DNA of 64,000 bases from Vicinamibacteria bacterium (GTDB taxonomy: Bacteria > Acidobacteriota > Vicinamibacteria > Vicinamibacterales > JAENWD01), in the NCBI GenBank assembly GCA_963800785.1, contig CAWDCH010000018.1, positions 717,653 to 781,652 on the forward strand. Direction: 5' to 3'. Shown here one piece after another: positions 17,398-27,364 of this stretch. The notes under the pieces are model-generated. The model was not told where the DNA came from. It saw only the letters and a list, made by a program, of their open reading frames with translations, and did not search any database. Position 1 is the first letter of the stretch. Each line of letters begins with the position of its first letter. Made by a program: the position numbers and the translations under genes.

Positions 17398-18489
17398 ATG
17401 CCTCACGTCTCTCGTCGCTCGGTGCTGGCCGGCACTCTTCCGCTTGCCGCAGGTATTGCCGTTCGCGCATCGCCGCCGCTCCAGCAAGCGGGCGCACGGA
17501 TGGTGCTCGGCTGCCAGCGCGCCCCAACGGACGACCGTGCGCTGATGCGATTCCGGCGTCACGGCGTCGAGCACATCTGCGGCTACCCTGACGACGAGGG
17601 AGCAAGAGAGTCCTGGACGGCTGAAGGCCTGAGCAGGTTGAAGGAGCGCTGCGCGTCGCATGGCGTTGCCCTCGACATGGTGCAGTTTCCCTCGATGTCG
17701 TCCAATGCCATCGACGCGCCGACCCGGAAGGCGGTGATGACCGGCCGCGAGCCCGAGCGCCAGCGCGAGATCGATCAGGCCTGCGAGATCATTCGCAGCT
17801 GCGCCGCAGCGGGCATTCCGGCGATCAAGTACAACTTCAATGTGCTCGGCGTCCTGCGCACCGCGCCCACCGAGGGCCGGGGCGGCGCGCGCTACAGCAC
17901 CTGGCGGCTCGCGGAAGCGCCGCAGGACGCACCGCCCACCGACGCAGGCGCACTGCCCGCAGAAACGGCATGGGAGCGCATCACGTATTTTCTCGACCGC
18001 GTGGTGCCGGTCGCTGACGAGTTCCGGATCCGCCTCGCGTGTCATCCTCACGATCCCGGCGTGCCGGACGGCGGTTATCGGGGCGTCGCGCGCGTGCTCG
18101 GCACAGTGGCTGGTCTGAGGCGCCTCGTCGAGACACACCCGAGCCCGTATCACGGGCTCAATTTCTGCGTCGGCAGCGTCGCCGAGATGCTTCAGAACCC
18201 CGGAGTTGAGATCGTCGATGTCGTCCGCGAGTTCGGGCGGCGCGGTAAGATCTTCAACATCCACTTCCGAAACATCCGTGGGCGACGCGACGCGTTCCAG
18301 GAGGTCTACCCGGACGAAGGAGACCTCGACATGATCAGGGTACTGCGCGTGCTGAAGGAAATCGGCTACGCCTATATGGTGATGCCCGATCACATGCCGA
18401 CGCATGCCGACGATCCGGGGAGCCATCAGGCGTTTGCGTTCGGCTACGGCTACATCAAGGCGGGGATACAAGCCATCGATCGGTGCTGA
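17398..18489 (+). CDS. uxuA: Mannonate dehydratase-like (UxuA family) enzyme with twin-arginine signal
   Basis: Starts MPHVSRRSVLAGTLPLAAGIAVRA. Contains IKYNFNVLG...ACHPHDPG...NFCVGSVAEM...IFNIHFRNI...PDHMP. Confidence 0.8.
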   Translation: MPHVSRRSVLAGTLPLAAGIAVRASPPLQQAGARMVLGCQRAPTDDRALMRFRRHGVEHICGYPDDEGARESWTAEGLSRLKERCASHGVALDMVQFPSMSSNAIDAPTRKAVMTGREPERQREIDQACEIIRSCAAAGIPAIKYNFNVLGVLRTAPTEGRGGARYSTWRLAEAPQDAPPTDAGALPAETAWERITYFLDRVVPVADEFRIRLACHPHDPGVPDGGYRGVARVLGTVAGLRRLVETHPSPYHGLNFCVGSVAEMLQNPGVEIVDVVREFGRRGKIFNIHFRNIRGRRDAFQEVYPDEGDLDMIRVLRVLKEIGYAYMVMPDHMPTHADDPGSHQAFAFGYGYIKAGIQAIDRC

Positions 18490-18573
18490 TATTCGCGGCG
18501 CTGAAGCCCCGCCTCTACATTCAGGACATGTTCAACGGATGCGTGGCGGCCTGGCGTTAGGCCGCGGGCGCAG

Positions 18574-20025
18574 GTGAGGTATTGCGTGCGGAGACTGTGG
18601 CTATTGGGAGTATGTGTTGCCGTTCTCGCCGCCGACCCGCTCGCTGGGGATGCGCGACGCACGAAGATCGTCTCGTTCGTCGATAGCCAGGCCGCGCATT
18701 TTGGCAGCCTCTCGCGTCAGATTTGGGAGAACCCCGAGCCCGGTTACAAGGAGACAAAGAGCACAGCGCTGCTCGCCGGTGAATTGCGTCGAGCCGGCTT
18801 CCGCGTTCGCGAGAACGTCGCCGGGATTCCCACGGCATTCGTCGCCGAGTGGGGATCGGGCAAACCGATCATCGGCATCATGGGCGAGTACGACGCGCTG
18901 CCGGGCCTCTCGCAGGAGGTGAGCGCCGAGAAGAGGGAGCGCGTTCCTGGGGGGTACGGGCACGCCTGCGGTCACAACCTTCTCGGTGTCGCATCCGCTC
19001 TGGCGGCCATCACGACGAAGACCATGCTGGAAGCCGATCGTCTGCCGGGTACGATTCGCTTCTACGGGACGCCGGCAGAGGAAGGCGGCGGCGGTAAGGT
19101 GTTCATGGCGCGCGAAGGTCTGTTCGATGATGCCGATGTGGTGCTGCACTGGCACCCTAGCGACCGCAATGTCGCGACGATGAGCAGCACACTGGCCATT
19201 GTGAGCGCGAAGTTCAGGTTTCAGGGCCGTGCGGCGCATGCCGCTGCTGCGCCGGACAAGGGACGCTCGGCGCTCGACGCGGCCCTTTTGATGGCGCACG
19301 CCGTGGATATGCTGCGCGAGCACGTGCCGCAAGCATCGCGTCTGCACTACGTATTCACAGGTGCCGGCGAGGCGCCGAACATCGTGCCTGCCGACGCGGA
19401 GGTGTATCTTTACGCGCGCCATCCCCGCATGCGCGTGCTCGACGGCATCTGGGCGCGCGTCATCAAGTGCGCGGAGGCCGGCGCGCTGGCGACGGACACC
19501 GCGATGACGATGGAGTTCGTCCACAGCGACTACGATGTCCTGCCGAACGATGTCCTGTCGAAGCTGCTCGACGGTCATCTCCGAGAGGTCGGCGGCGTTA
19601 CCTATGCGCCCGACGAGCAGCAGTTTGCCGAGGCGCTCCGGACGACCCTCCCGCTCGATGGTGCCCTGCCGCTTGGCAGCCAGGAGGGTGTTCGCCCGCC
19701 CGACGAACAGTTCGGCCTCGGCTCGACCGACGCAGGCGACGTGAGCTGGATTGTGCCCACGGGTTGGATCTTCGCGGCCACCCAGGTGCCGGGCGTTTCA
19801 AACCACAGCTGGCAGGCCACCGCATGCGCCGGCGGCACGATCGGGCGTAAAGGCATGATCGTCGCCGCCAAGACGCTGTCGCTCGCTGCGTTCGACCTCA
19901 TGACGACTCCCTCGCTCGTGACCGACGCGCGCGCGAGCTTCGAGAAGCGACGGGCCGGTGAGACTTACCGTTCACGACTTCCCGAGGGAATGCGGCCGCC
20001 GCTCGATTACCGGGACAAGAACTAG
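18574..20025 (+). CDS. M20-family amidohydrolase (AbgB-like)
   Basis: Contains GIMGEYDALPG...GHACGHNLLG...FYGTPAEEGGGGK...HWHP, with a signal-like N-terminus. GTG start. Confidence 0.8.
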   Translation: MRYCVRRLWLLGVCVAVLAADPLAGDARRTKIVSFVDSQAAHFGSLSRQIWENPEPGYKETKSTALLAGELRRAGFRVRENVAGIPTAFVAEWGSGKPIIGIMGEYDALPGLSQEVSAEKRERVPGGYGHACGHNLLGVASALAAITTKTMLEADRLPGTIRFYGTPAEEGGGGKVFMAREGLFDDADVVLHWHPSDRNVATMSSTLAIVSAKFRFQGRAAHAAAAPDKGRSALDAALLMAHAVDMLREHVPQASRLHYVFTGAGEAPNIVPADAEVYLYARHPRMRVLDGIWARVIKCAEAGALATDTAMTMEFVHSDYDVLPNDVLSKLLDGHLREVGGVTYAPDEQQFAEALRTTLPLDGALPLGSQEGVRPPDEQFGLGSTDAGDVSWIVPTGWIFAATQVPGVSNHSWQATACAGGTIGRKGMIVAAKTLSLAAFDLMTTPSLVTDARASFEKRRAGETYRSRLPEGMRPPLDYRDKN

Positions 20026-20215
20026 TAGGCGGGGCTGAAGCACCGCCGCTCTTCTCGCGCTCTCGATTTCTCGGGTTCTCCAGTCTCTTTTTGGGGCGAG
20101 CCGTGCTTTTGCAGGGACGAGGGGACGAGCGCTCTTGAGCATCCGGGCCGGAAGGTCGTACATCCCAGACGACCATCCACCGGACTCTCGTGCCGGTGGT
20201 CAGGAGGATCCACTC

Positions 20216-21262
20216 ATGACCATTCGCGCCGCGCTCGCTCTGATCGCGTTGTGCGCCACCGTCTCCCCCGCCGCGGCACAGGGACCGCCGCTCTCGCTGC
20301 CGCAGCCCAGTCCGGCCGCGACCATCACGCAGCAGGTGGGGCTGACCGACATCACCATTTCCTACCATCGCCCCGCCGTGAACAAACGCGAGGTCTGGGG
20401 CAAGCTCGTGCCGTACGACCAGGTCTGGCGTGCCGGCGCCAACGAGAACACCACGATTACGTTCTCGAGCGATGTCACCGTCGGCGGCCAGAAGCTCGCC
20501 GCCGGATCGTACGGTCTGCACATGATTCCGACGGCGAAAGAGTGGACGGTCATCCTGAGCCGCGAGTCGCACGCCTGGGGAAGCTTTTTCTACGATCAGA
20601 AGGATGACGCGGCGCGCTTCACGGTCACACCGCGTTCATCGGACTTCGTCGAACGCCTTGCCTACTCCTTCGACGAGCCCTCGGATACCGGCGTGACGGC
20701 CACCCTGCGCTGGGAGAAGCTGGCCGTGCCGGTGGCGATCGAGGTCGACACGCCCACAGTCGTGGCGTCGAGCCTGCGCACACAGCTGAAGGGCCTCCAG
20801 GGCTTCTTCTGGCAGCCATTCGCCCAGGCCGCCGCCTACTGCGCGAATCACAATGTGAACCTCGAGGAAGCGTCGACCTGGGCCGATCGCGCGGTGAAAA
20901 TGAACGAGAACTTCACCACGCTGCGAGCGCAGGCGCTCGTCGCGGAGAAGCGCGGCGATGCGCCGAAGGCGCAGCAGCTGCGCGACAAGGCGATGACGGT
21001 GGCGACCGAAGCCGACATGAATAACTACGGCTATCAGCTGCTCGGCGCCGGCAAGACGCAGGAAGCGATTGCCATCTTCCGCCAGAACGTCGAGAAGCAT
21101 CCGGCCTCGTGGAACACCCACGACAGCCTCGGCGAGGGCCTGGCGGCGGCGGGACAGAAAGCCGAAGCCATCGCCCAGTACCAGAAAGCCCGTTCGATGG
21201 TGAAGGACGAGACCAATCAGAAGCGTATCGACGGCATCCTGAAGGGTCTCGGGGCGTCCTAG
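20216..21262 (+). CDS. DUF2911-domain protein with C-terminal TPR-like region, secreted
   Basis: Starts MTIRAALALIALCATVSPAAAQ. Contains ITISYHRPAVNKREVWGKLVPYDQVWRAGANENTTITF...AAGSYGLHMIP. The helical repeat tail is ...AIAQYQKA. Confidence 0.8.
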   Translation: MTIRAALALIALCATVSPAAAQGPPLSLPQPSPAATITQQVGLTDITISYHRPAVNKREVWGKLVPYDQVWRAGANENTTITFSSDVTVGGQKLAAGSYGLHMIPTAKEWTVILSRESHAWGSFFYDQKDDAARFTVTPRSSDFVERLAYSFDEPSDTGVTATLRWEKLAVPVAIEVDTPTVVASSLRTQLKGLQGFFWQPFAQAAAYCANHNVNLEEASTWADRAVKMNENFTTLRAQALVAEKRGDAPKAQQLRDKAMTVATEADMNNYGYQLLGAGKTQEAIAIFRQNVEKHPASWNTHDSLGEGLAAAGQKAEAIAQYQKARSMVKDETNQKRIDGILKGLGAS

Positions 21263-21279
21263 GTCGTCGCGGACTCGCA

Positions 21280-21685
21280 CGGATGGCAGGACGACTCGGG
21301 TCACGGAATGCGGGCGACACGGACGGGCGCGGGGACGGGCACGGATAGAGCGCGCAAAACCGGGGTCACGGATATAACGCGGAATCACACGGATCTGGTC
21401 TTGGTTCCGATCTGCCTGTTTCGTGTGGTTCGGTGTCGGGCGCTTGGTTCGTGCCGGTCCGTGTTGGTGGAACTCGTCACGAGCGATTCCGGATCGCGAC
21501 ACCAATCGACGCGGACAACGCTTTGACACCGAGGGCACGGAAAGGGCGGATTACTCGGACTTCGTAAGAAGTGTGATCCGTGTTGTTCCGTGCCCGTCCG
21601 TGTCCTCCGTGTCAGGCGCTCAATCTGATGTCAGTCCGTGTTGCTGCATCTCGTGACGCGGACGTTCACGGAAACTCAAAGAACA
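21280..21685. repeat. Degenerate CACGGA/TCCGTG-rich non-coding tract
   Basis: Contains many copies of cacggat/cacggaa and the complement tccgtg (for example gatccgtgttgttccgtgcccgtccgtgtcctccgtg). It is related to the tandem units that follow. Confidence 0.7.
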
Positions 21686-22187
21686 GATCCAGAAGATCCG
21701 TGTCAATCCGTGTCCGTCCGTGACCGGCTCGGTCCGTGTGGATCCGCGACGGTGGCTTTCGGTCACGGAGAGGAACAGATCCGATCAGTCACGGACTGAC
21801 GCGGACCCGCACGGAACAATCAAAGAATGGATCCAGAAGATCCGTGTCAATCCGTGTCCGTCCGTGACCGGCTCGGTCCGTGTGGATCCGCGACGGTGGC
21901 TTTCGGTCACGGAGAGGCACAGATCCGATCAGTCGCGGACTGACGCGGAACTACACGGAACAATCAAAGAATAGATCCAGAACACCCGTGTTTATCCGCG
22001 TCCGTCAGTGACCGACTCGGTCCGTGTGGATCCGCGAGTGGCTTTCGGTCACGGAGGGGCACAGATCCGATCAGTCGCGGACTGACGCGGAACTACACGG
22101 AACAATAAGAGAATGGATCCAGAAGATCCGTGTTTATCTGCGTCCGTGCGTGGCCGACTCGGTCCGTGTGGATCCGCGACGGTGGCT
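21686..22187. repeat. Tandem repeat, about 3.5 copies of a 144-bp unit
   Basis: Units begin at gatccagaa at 21686, 21830, 21974 and 22116 (spacings 144, 144, 142). Units 1 and 2 are nearly identical, unit 3 has diverged, and unit 4 is truncated near 22187. Units 1-2 carry the perfect 10-bp stem TCCGTGACCG...CGGTCACGGA. Confidence 0.9.
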
Positions 22188-22340
22188 GTTCTACGACGGT
22201 GTCGCCGATATGGGTGTGGGAGTCGCGGAAGCCCGCTTGCCGTGAGGTCCGGCTAGTGACAAACACGCGAGCCGCGGCTAGGATGACCGCGGCCGCGCGG
22301 CCGATCTCGCGCTGTGTGCCGCCGGCCGTGGAGGAGCTCC

Positions 22341-23621
22341 ATGCCTGAGGTCTCCCGCCGCGAGCTGCTGCGCGGCGCCGTTCCCGCAGCCATCGGCCTT
22401 TTCGGACTGCCAACGCTTGCCGCCGCGATCCAGGAGGCGTCCTCACCATATCGACGGCCGAAACTGAAGATTACCGACGTCCGCACGGCGGAGGTCATCG
22501 CCCACGGCTACCAGCTCCACGTCCGCATTTACACGGATCAGGGGGTGACGGGCCACGGCGAGGGGACCGATGCCGTCCGTGGTGGCGTCCCGCTCGTTGG
22601 CATGTTCCGACAGGCGTTGATGGGCCAGGACCCCCTGAATGTGGACCGGCTGTTCGAGCGCATTCGCACGAACGGCATTTTTGCCGGGGCGCAGGCCGGC
22701 CAATACGTCGCGGCGTTGTCGGCCGTGGAGATTGCCCTGTGGGATTTGGCGGGCAAAGCGTTGGGCCTGCCGATCTACCAGCTGCTCGGCGGCAAGATGC
22801 GCGATCGCATCCGCATCTATTGCGATTCCCAGACTGAGGATCCGGCCGACCCTCAAGCGCCCGCCAAGATCGCGCAGATCCGCGACATGGGATTCACGGC
22901 GGTCAAGATCGACATCGACGAGCGCACCGATCCGCTGCGCTGGGACGACATGAACTGGACGGCGAGCAACGGCGAGATCGATCACATGGTTCGCAAGATC
23001 GCCTTCATCCGCGAGCAGTTCGACAAACGAGTGGATCTCGCCGTGGACATGCACGGCCGTTACGACATGACCACTGGCAAACGCGTGGCCAAGGAGGTCG
23101 AGCCGTTCCACCTGTTGTTTCTCGAAGAGCCGGTCCCGCCCGAGAACGTGGACGCCATGCGCGACATCCGCGAGTCGACGTCGACGCCGATCTGTTGCGG
23201 CGAAAATCTGTTTCTCCGGCACGGCTTTCGTGAGCTGCTGGAGAAGCGCGCCGCCGACATCATCATGCCCGACTTGCAGAAGTGCGGCGGATTGCTGGAA
23301 GGCCGCAAGATCGCCGACATGGCGCACACGTATTACGTGCCCTTCGCACCGCATTGTGTCGTGTCGCCCATCGGCACCCTGGCGTCGTGCCACGTGTGCG
23401 CGGCGGTACCGAACTTCCTCGTGCTCGAGTGGCACTGGATTCAGCGCCTCGAGCTCTGGCGCAACTTCGTCAAAGAGGGCGAGATCATCGACAAGGGATT
23501 TGTCACCCTGCCCGATCGGCCGGGCATCGGTGTCGAGATGAATGAGGAGGCGGCTCGCAAGGCGCAGGTGCCGGGCACGCCGTGGTTCGTGCCAACCCCT
23601 GGCGCAGGAGCGACAGCATGA
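22341..23621 (+). CDS. Enolase-superfamily dehydratase (mandelate racemase/galactonate dehydratase-like) with twin-arginine signal
   Basis: Starts MPEVSRRELLRGAVPAAIGLFGL. Contains VEIALWDLAGKALGLPIYQLLGG...VKIDI...VDMHGRY...LFLEEPV...CGENL. Confidence 0.85.
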   Translation: MPEVSRRELLRGAVPAAIGLFGLPTLAAAIQEASSPYRRPKLKITDVRTAEVIAHGYQLHVRIYTDQGVTGHGEGTDAVRGGVPLVGMFRQALMGQDPLNVDRLFERIRTNGIFAGAQAGQYVAALSAVEIALWDLAGKALGLPIYQLLGGKMRDRIRIYCDSQTEDPADPQAPAKIAQIRDMGFTAVKIDIDERTDPLRWDDMNWTASNGEIDHMVRKIAFIREQFDKRVDLAVDMHGRYDMTTGKRVAKEVEPFHLLFLEEPVPPENVDAMRDIRESTSTPICCGENLFLRHGFRELLEKRAADIIMPDLQKCGGLLEGRKIADMAHTYYVPFAPHCVVSPIGTLASCHVCAAVPNFLVLEWHWIQRLELWRNFVKEGEIIDKGFVTLPDRPGIGVEMNEEAARKAQVPGTPWFVPTPGAGATA

Positions 23622-24385
23622 TCAAGCAAGTGACTCGAGGACGCGCGGTCATCGTTGCGGCAGCGATTGTGAGCGGCCTGTCGATGACGGTGTCTGTGCG
23701 ACAGGCGGCCGCGCCTGCGGTAGCCGCTCCCGCGGATCCGCTGCTGGCTGGGTTCGCGCGTTCGACCGTCGCGTCGGTCTCGGATGCGGTCGATCAGGTC
23801 GTCGGCAAACGCGGCTATCTCGCACACGATATGCGGCCGTACGTCGCCGGCGCGTTCGTCGGGCGCGCCGCGACGGCGCTCGTCAAGGCCGCGACGCCTG
23901 AACAGGCCACTCCGGCGCTGGCGGTCAAGCACTCGGTCGAAATGATCGACTCCGCCAATGCCGGTGACGTCGGCGTGATCGTCATGGAGAACACGCTGGA
24001 CGTGGCGGCCATCGGCGGCTTGATGGGCACGGCCGCCAAGTCACGCGGCATGGCCGGAATGGTGCTCGACGGCGCCGTGCGCGACCTGGCGGAACTGCGC
24101 GCGCTGGGGCTGCCGGTGTACGCCCGCTCCGTGTCGCCGGCCACTGCGGTGGGACGGTATGCGAGCGTGTCGAAGCAGGTGCCGGTGGACTGCGGCGGCG
24201 TCACCATCTCGCCGGGCGACATCATCGTCGCCGGCGAGGATGGTGTGGTCGTGGTGCCGAAGGATCGCGCGGGCGACGTGCTGAAACGCTCGCAGGAGAT
24301 CGACGCGCGCGAATCGCAGATGGTGCCGTTCATCAAGCAGTATCGGTCGTTGCAGAAGGCAATCGAAGTGTTCAATCGGATTTGA
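23618..24385 (+). CDS. RraA-family / class II aldolase-like protein with N-terminal signal-like segment
   Basis: ATGA overlap with the upstream stop. Contains GDVGVIVMEN...AAIGGLMGTAAKSRGMAGMVLDGAVRDLAEL...LPVYAR...GDIIVAGEDGVVVVP. Confidence 0.75.
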   Translation: MIKQVTRGRAVIVAAAIVSGLSMTVSVRQAAAPAVAAPADPLLAGFARSTVASVSDAVDQVVGKRGYLAHDMRPYVAGAFVGRAATALVKAATPEQATPALAVKHSVEMIDSANAGDVGVIVMENTLDVAAIGGLMGTAAKSRGMAGMVLDGAVRDLAELRALGLPVYARSVSPATAVGRYASVSKQVPVDCGGVTISPGDIIVAGEDGVVVVPKDRAGDVLKRSQEIDARESQMVPFIKQYRSLQKAIEVFNRI

Positions 24386-24415
24386 CGTCGGGGCGCACCG
24401 CGTACGCCCCCTCGC

Positions 24416-25045
24416 TCAGTGCGACACCTGCACTTCCAGGCGCATCCACGGGTGGATGCAGCACTGGAATCTCGCAGTCGTCCCGGCCTCGAGCGGCTCC
24501 TCTTCGCGATAGATCTCGCCCGGCGCCACGAAATCATCACTGCCAGGGACGAGAGCCGCACATTCCGGCGCGACTGTCGGATTGTGCGAGAGATCGTTCA
24601 ACGGCGGCACGATGCCGCCGCCGAATTCTTCGACCTCGGTGAACGTGTGCTCTTCGCCGCCCTGGTTGAACGCAACCAGCGTTTCTCCCGCATGACCTGA
24701 CAGGTTGTTGGGCGCGAAGTTCCACGGGCCCGCCACTCCATGCTGCGTCAGCATCGCGATGAATTGATCGAACTTCACGCCGCCATTCCGAATGCAAGCG
24801 CCGTCGCCGAGCACTGCGTTGAAGGTGGCGCCGTCACATGCATCGTGCATGTTGACTCGCTGTTCGAGCTTACCGGGCGGAGCCTGGGCCGCGAGAAGCG
24901 GCGAGTCGGCGGAGCCACCCGAAGAGGTAACCGCTGACTGGTCGGGAAGAGTGGATGGGGCGGGCGCGGGCGACGGCCCGCTCTTGTCGCACGCCACGAT
25001 GCCGATCGCTGCACAGATGACGACAAAGAGGACACGAGGTGCCAT
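24416..25045 (-). CDS. Cupredoxin-like (type-1 copper) lipoprotein
   Basis: Starts MAPRVLFVVICAAIGIVACDK (lipobox). The C-terminal FQCCIHPWM matches the amicyanin-type C-x2-H-x2-M ligand loop. An upstream His is in GGEEHTF. Confidence 0.65.
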   Translation of the reverse strand: MAPRVLFVVICAAIGIVACDKSGPSPAPAPSTLPDQSAVTSSGGSADSPLLAAQAPPGKLEQRVNMHDACDGATFNAVLGDGACIRNGGVKFDQFIAMLTQHGVAGPWNFAPNNLSGHAGETLVAFNQGGEEHTFTEVEEFGGGIVPPLNDLSHNPTVAPECAALVPGSDDFVAPGEIYREEEPLEAGTTARFQCCIHPWMRLEVQVSH

Positions 25046-25461
25046 GGCAGGACTCCTTTCCGCGAGGCCGCCACGCAAACCGCCTGCCCGCAGATTCGTC
25101 GATTTTCACAGGCACTCCGTTACGCGCCCGATGAAATCACTTACGACGCTCGGCGTGTCTTACCGGCCGCGTAATAGGGCTGGGCTCGCGCTCAAGGCCG
25201 AGGCTTCAGTTCTGCTGTCTAACCCTTCAAGCAACCAGCGGTCACCGACGAACTGACTGTCGAGTTACAGATTCGACATCCAACGCGCTGAACGCGGGCG
25301 GTTCGCGTTCTTGGAGTCAACGGTTCCATCGGGTGGTCGCGCAGGGACGTGTGCGCGCCAGCCGAAGGCGAGCGTTTGCAAGAGTCGCAGCGCCGCGCGT
25401 TCAACATCCTGACGGGATCGTCCTGTCGGTGGTGACGGGCGACGACCGTCCGGGAGGGCTT

Positions 25462-27363
25462 ATGAGCACGATTCGGATCGCACTCGTCGCCTCGCTCACC
25501 GCCGTCTGCCTGGTTCCCAATCTCGCGTCAGCGCAGACGCCCACGCCGGCCGATGGCTGGGTGGTGATTCCGGTAAGCGACTATCGCTCGCTGCGCGGGA
25601 TGGCGTACCCGACCGCGCCGACTCCCCCGCCGCCGCCGGTCGACGCGACGCTGACGCGATTGCGCTACGACCTCACGCTGGCAGGCGAGTCGGTCACTGG
25701 GACGGCCATCGCGGACGTCGACGTGCTCAAGGACGGTTGGGTCAGCGTGACGATTCCCTCCGGGCTCCTCGTGCGGGATGCGCTGATCGACGGACGCTCG
25801 GTGTCGCTGATCGGTCCAGGCGATCCACACATCCTGCTGTCGAAGCGTGGACGATTCCAACTCACGCTGCAAATCGTTTTGCCGGTGACGCCGGCGGGTG
25901 CCGCCGAATCGGTCGTCATTCCGCCAGCCCCAGCGTCGGTCGTGGAAGCGACTCTTCATATCCCGCGCGACGGTGTCGAGGTTACCGTCCTGAACGGCTT
26001 CGTCTCCGACCAGGCCGTGACCGGCAGTACCAACCGGTGGACGGCGCACGGCCGGGCAAATCAGCCGCTGACGTTCGCATGGCGCCGTCGCGTGGACGAT
26101 CAACGCGCCACGCAGCCGCTCCGCGTTCGCGGTGCGATCACGGAGTTGGTCGGCCTCGCCGAAGAGTCAACGCAGATCACCGCCACGGTGCAGCTCGACG
26201 TCGTTCAAGGTCTCGCACGCTCGCTGACGCTCGCGGTCCCGAACGGCGTCGTGATTAATCAGGTGTCGGGTCCGCTCGTTTTGGATTGGGACATCACGGC
26301 ACCCGACGTCGCGCGTGTGTCGCTGCTGGAGCCGCTCGCCGGCACGACGTCGGTCACCATCGCCGCGGAGCTATCGGGAGCAAGAACCGGCGAGGTCGCC
26401 ATCCCGCTCTTCAGGCTCCCGGACGCGGAACGGGAAACGGGCGGCGTGGCCGTCGAGGTCCTGGGTGCGGGAGAGATCGTCGATCACCGTCCACAGGCGC
26501 TGGAACCTGCCGACGCCCTCGATATGGGCAGCCTGATTCGCGGCCGCGAATCGCCGTCGCTCGCGGCGTTTCGATTCAAGCCCCTCGCCGGACGCGAACC
26601 ACGCGCGCTCTCCGTGCGAATCTCGCGTTATGCCACCCAGGCGCTGCTCGTCGCCAATGTCGACGAGGCGCGCTATCAGCTGCTGCTGGCCGACGACGGG
26701 AAGGCGCTCGTGAAGGCCCGATACGCGGTGCGCAACAACCATCGCAGCCTCCTGAGCGTAGCGTTGCCGCAAGGAGCCACGCTCTGGCACGCATCCGTCG
26801 CTCGCCGGCCGGTTCGACCTGGGCGGTCCCCGTCGAGCGCGCTGCTCGTGCCGCTCCTGAAGGGTCGCGCCAGCGACGACTCGTCCATGTTCGCCGTGGA
26901 GATCGCCTATGTCGCGCCGACTGCACGATGGAGCGACCGTGGCACCACGGAGAGCGTGCTGCCAGCGTTGGACCTTCCCATCTCCAGGACCGGAGTCGAA
27001 GTGCACTACTCACCTCGGTTCCGGGTGAAACCCGCCGCCGGACCGTTTCGCGCCGAGACGTTCGTCGAGCCGCTCTCCGCCGCGCTTCGGGATGAGCGCG
27101 ACGTACCGGTCGCCCCCGCCTCACCGTCCCTGCCTGCGCGGTCAGCCTCTGAGTCGAGCGGCGACAAGGATGGCGGCGATGCCATGAACGCGCTCGTGCA
27201 GCAGTTCAAGCAGACGGCTGGCGGCCGTGTCCTCGCTGGTGTGTTCCCGGTCGACGTGCCCTTTCCTTCGTTTGGCGACGTGCTGTTTCTGGCGACCGAG
27301 CTGACGCCGGAAGCACAGGCGCCATTGCTGCAGCTCGAATACCACCGCGAGCGGGGGAACTGA
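25462..27363 (+). CDS. Large secreted protein (633 aa), paralogue of the next gene
   Basis: Has the signal MSTIRIALVASLTAVCLVPNLASAQ. Shares landmarks with the next gene: IPVSDYRSL, ERETGGVAVEVLG, ARYAVRNNHRSLLSVALPQGATLW, LDLPISRTGVEVHYSP, and a C-terminus ...LLQLEYHRERGN. Confidence 0.7.
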   Translation: MSTIRIALVASLTAVCLVPNLASAQTPTPADGWVVIPVSDYRSLRGMAYPTAPTPPPPPVDATLTRLRYDLTLAGESVTGTAIADVDVLKDGWVSVTIPSGLLVRDALIDGRSVSLIGPGDPHILLSKRGRFQLTLQIVLPVTPAGAAESVVIPPAPASVVEATLHIPRDGVEVTVLNGFVSDQAVTGSTNRWTAHGRANQPLTFAWRRRVDDQRATQPLRVRGAITELVGLAEESTQITATVQLDVVQGLARSLTLAVPNGVVINQVSGPLVLDWDITAPDVARVSLLEPLAGTTSVTIAAELSGARTGEVAIPLFRLPDAERETGGVAVEVLGAGEIVDHRPQALEPADALDMGSLIRGRESPSLAAFRFKPLAGREPRALSVRISRYATQALLVANVDEARYQLLLADDGKALVKARYAVRNNHRSLLSVALPQGATLWHASVARRPVRPGRSPSSALLVPLLKGRASDDSSMFAVEIAYVAPTARWSDRGTTESVLPALDLPISRTGVEVHYSPRFRVKPAAGPFRAETFVEPLSAALRDERDVPVAPASPSLPARSASESSGDKDGGDAMNALVQQFKQTAGGRVLAGVFPVDVPFPSFGDVLFLATELTPEAQAPLLQLEYHRERGN

Positions 27364-27364
27364 T

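Noticed and set aside
17086-18471. 461-aa ORF on the minus strand
   Set aside because: It is an antisense shadow of the UxuA-like gene, whose family motifs are clear.
21686-22187. Possible CRISPR array
   Set aside because: The whole 144-bp unit repeats, with no alternating conserved repeat and unique spacer. The units are far longer than CRISPR repeats. There are no cas genes in the window.
21720-22245. ORFs encoding a repeated peptide (…SVRVDPRRWLSVTER…), favoured by the 144-bp period being a multiple of three
   Set aside because: There is no SD or credible start. A stop interrupts at the start of unit 3, unit 3 is 142 bp so the phase is lost, and the composition looks like an out-of-frame GC-rich translation.
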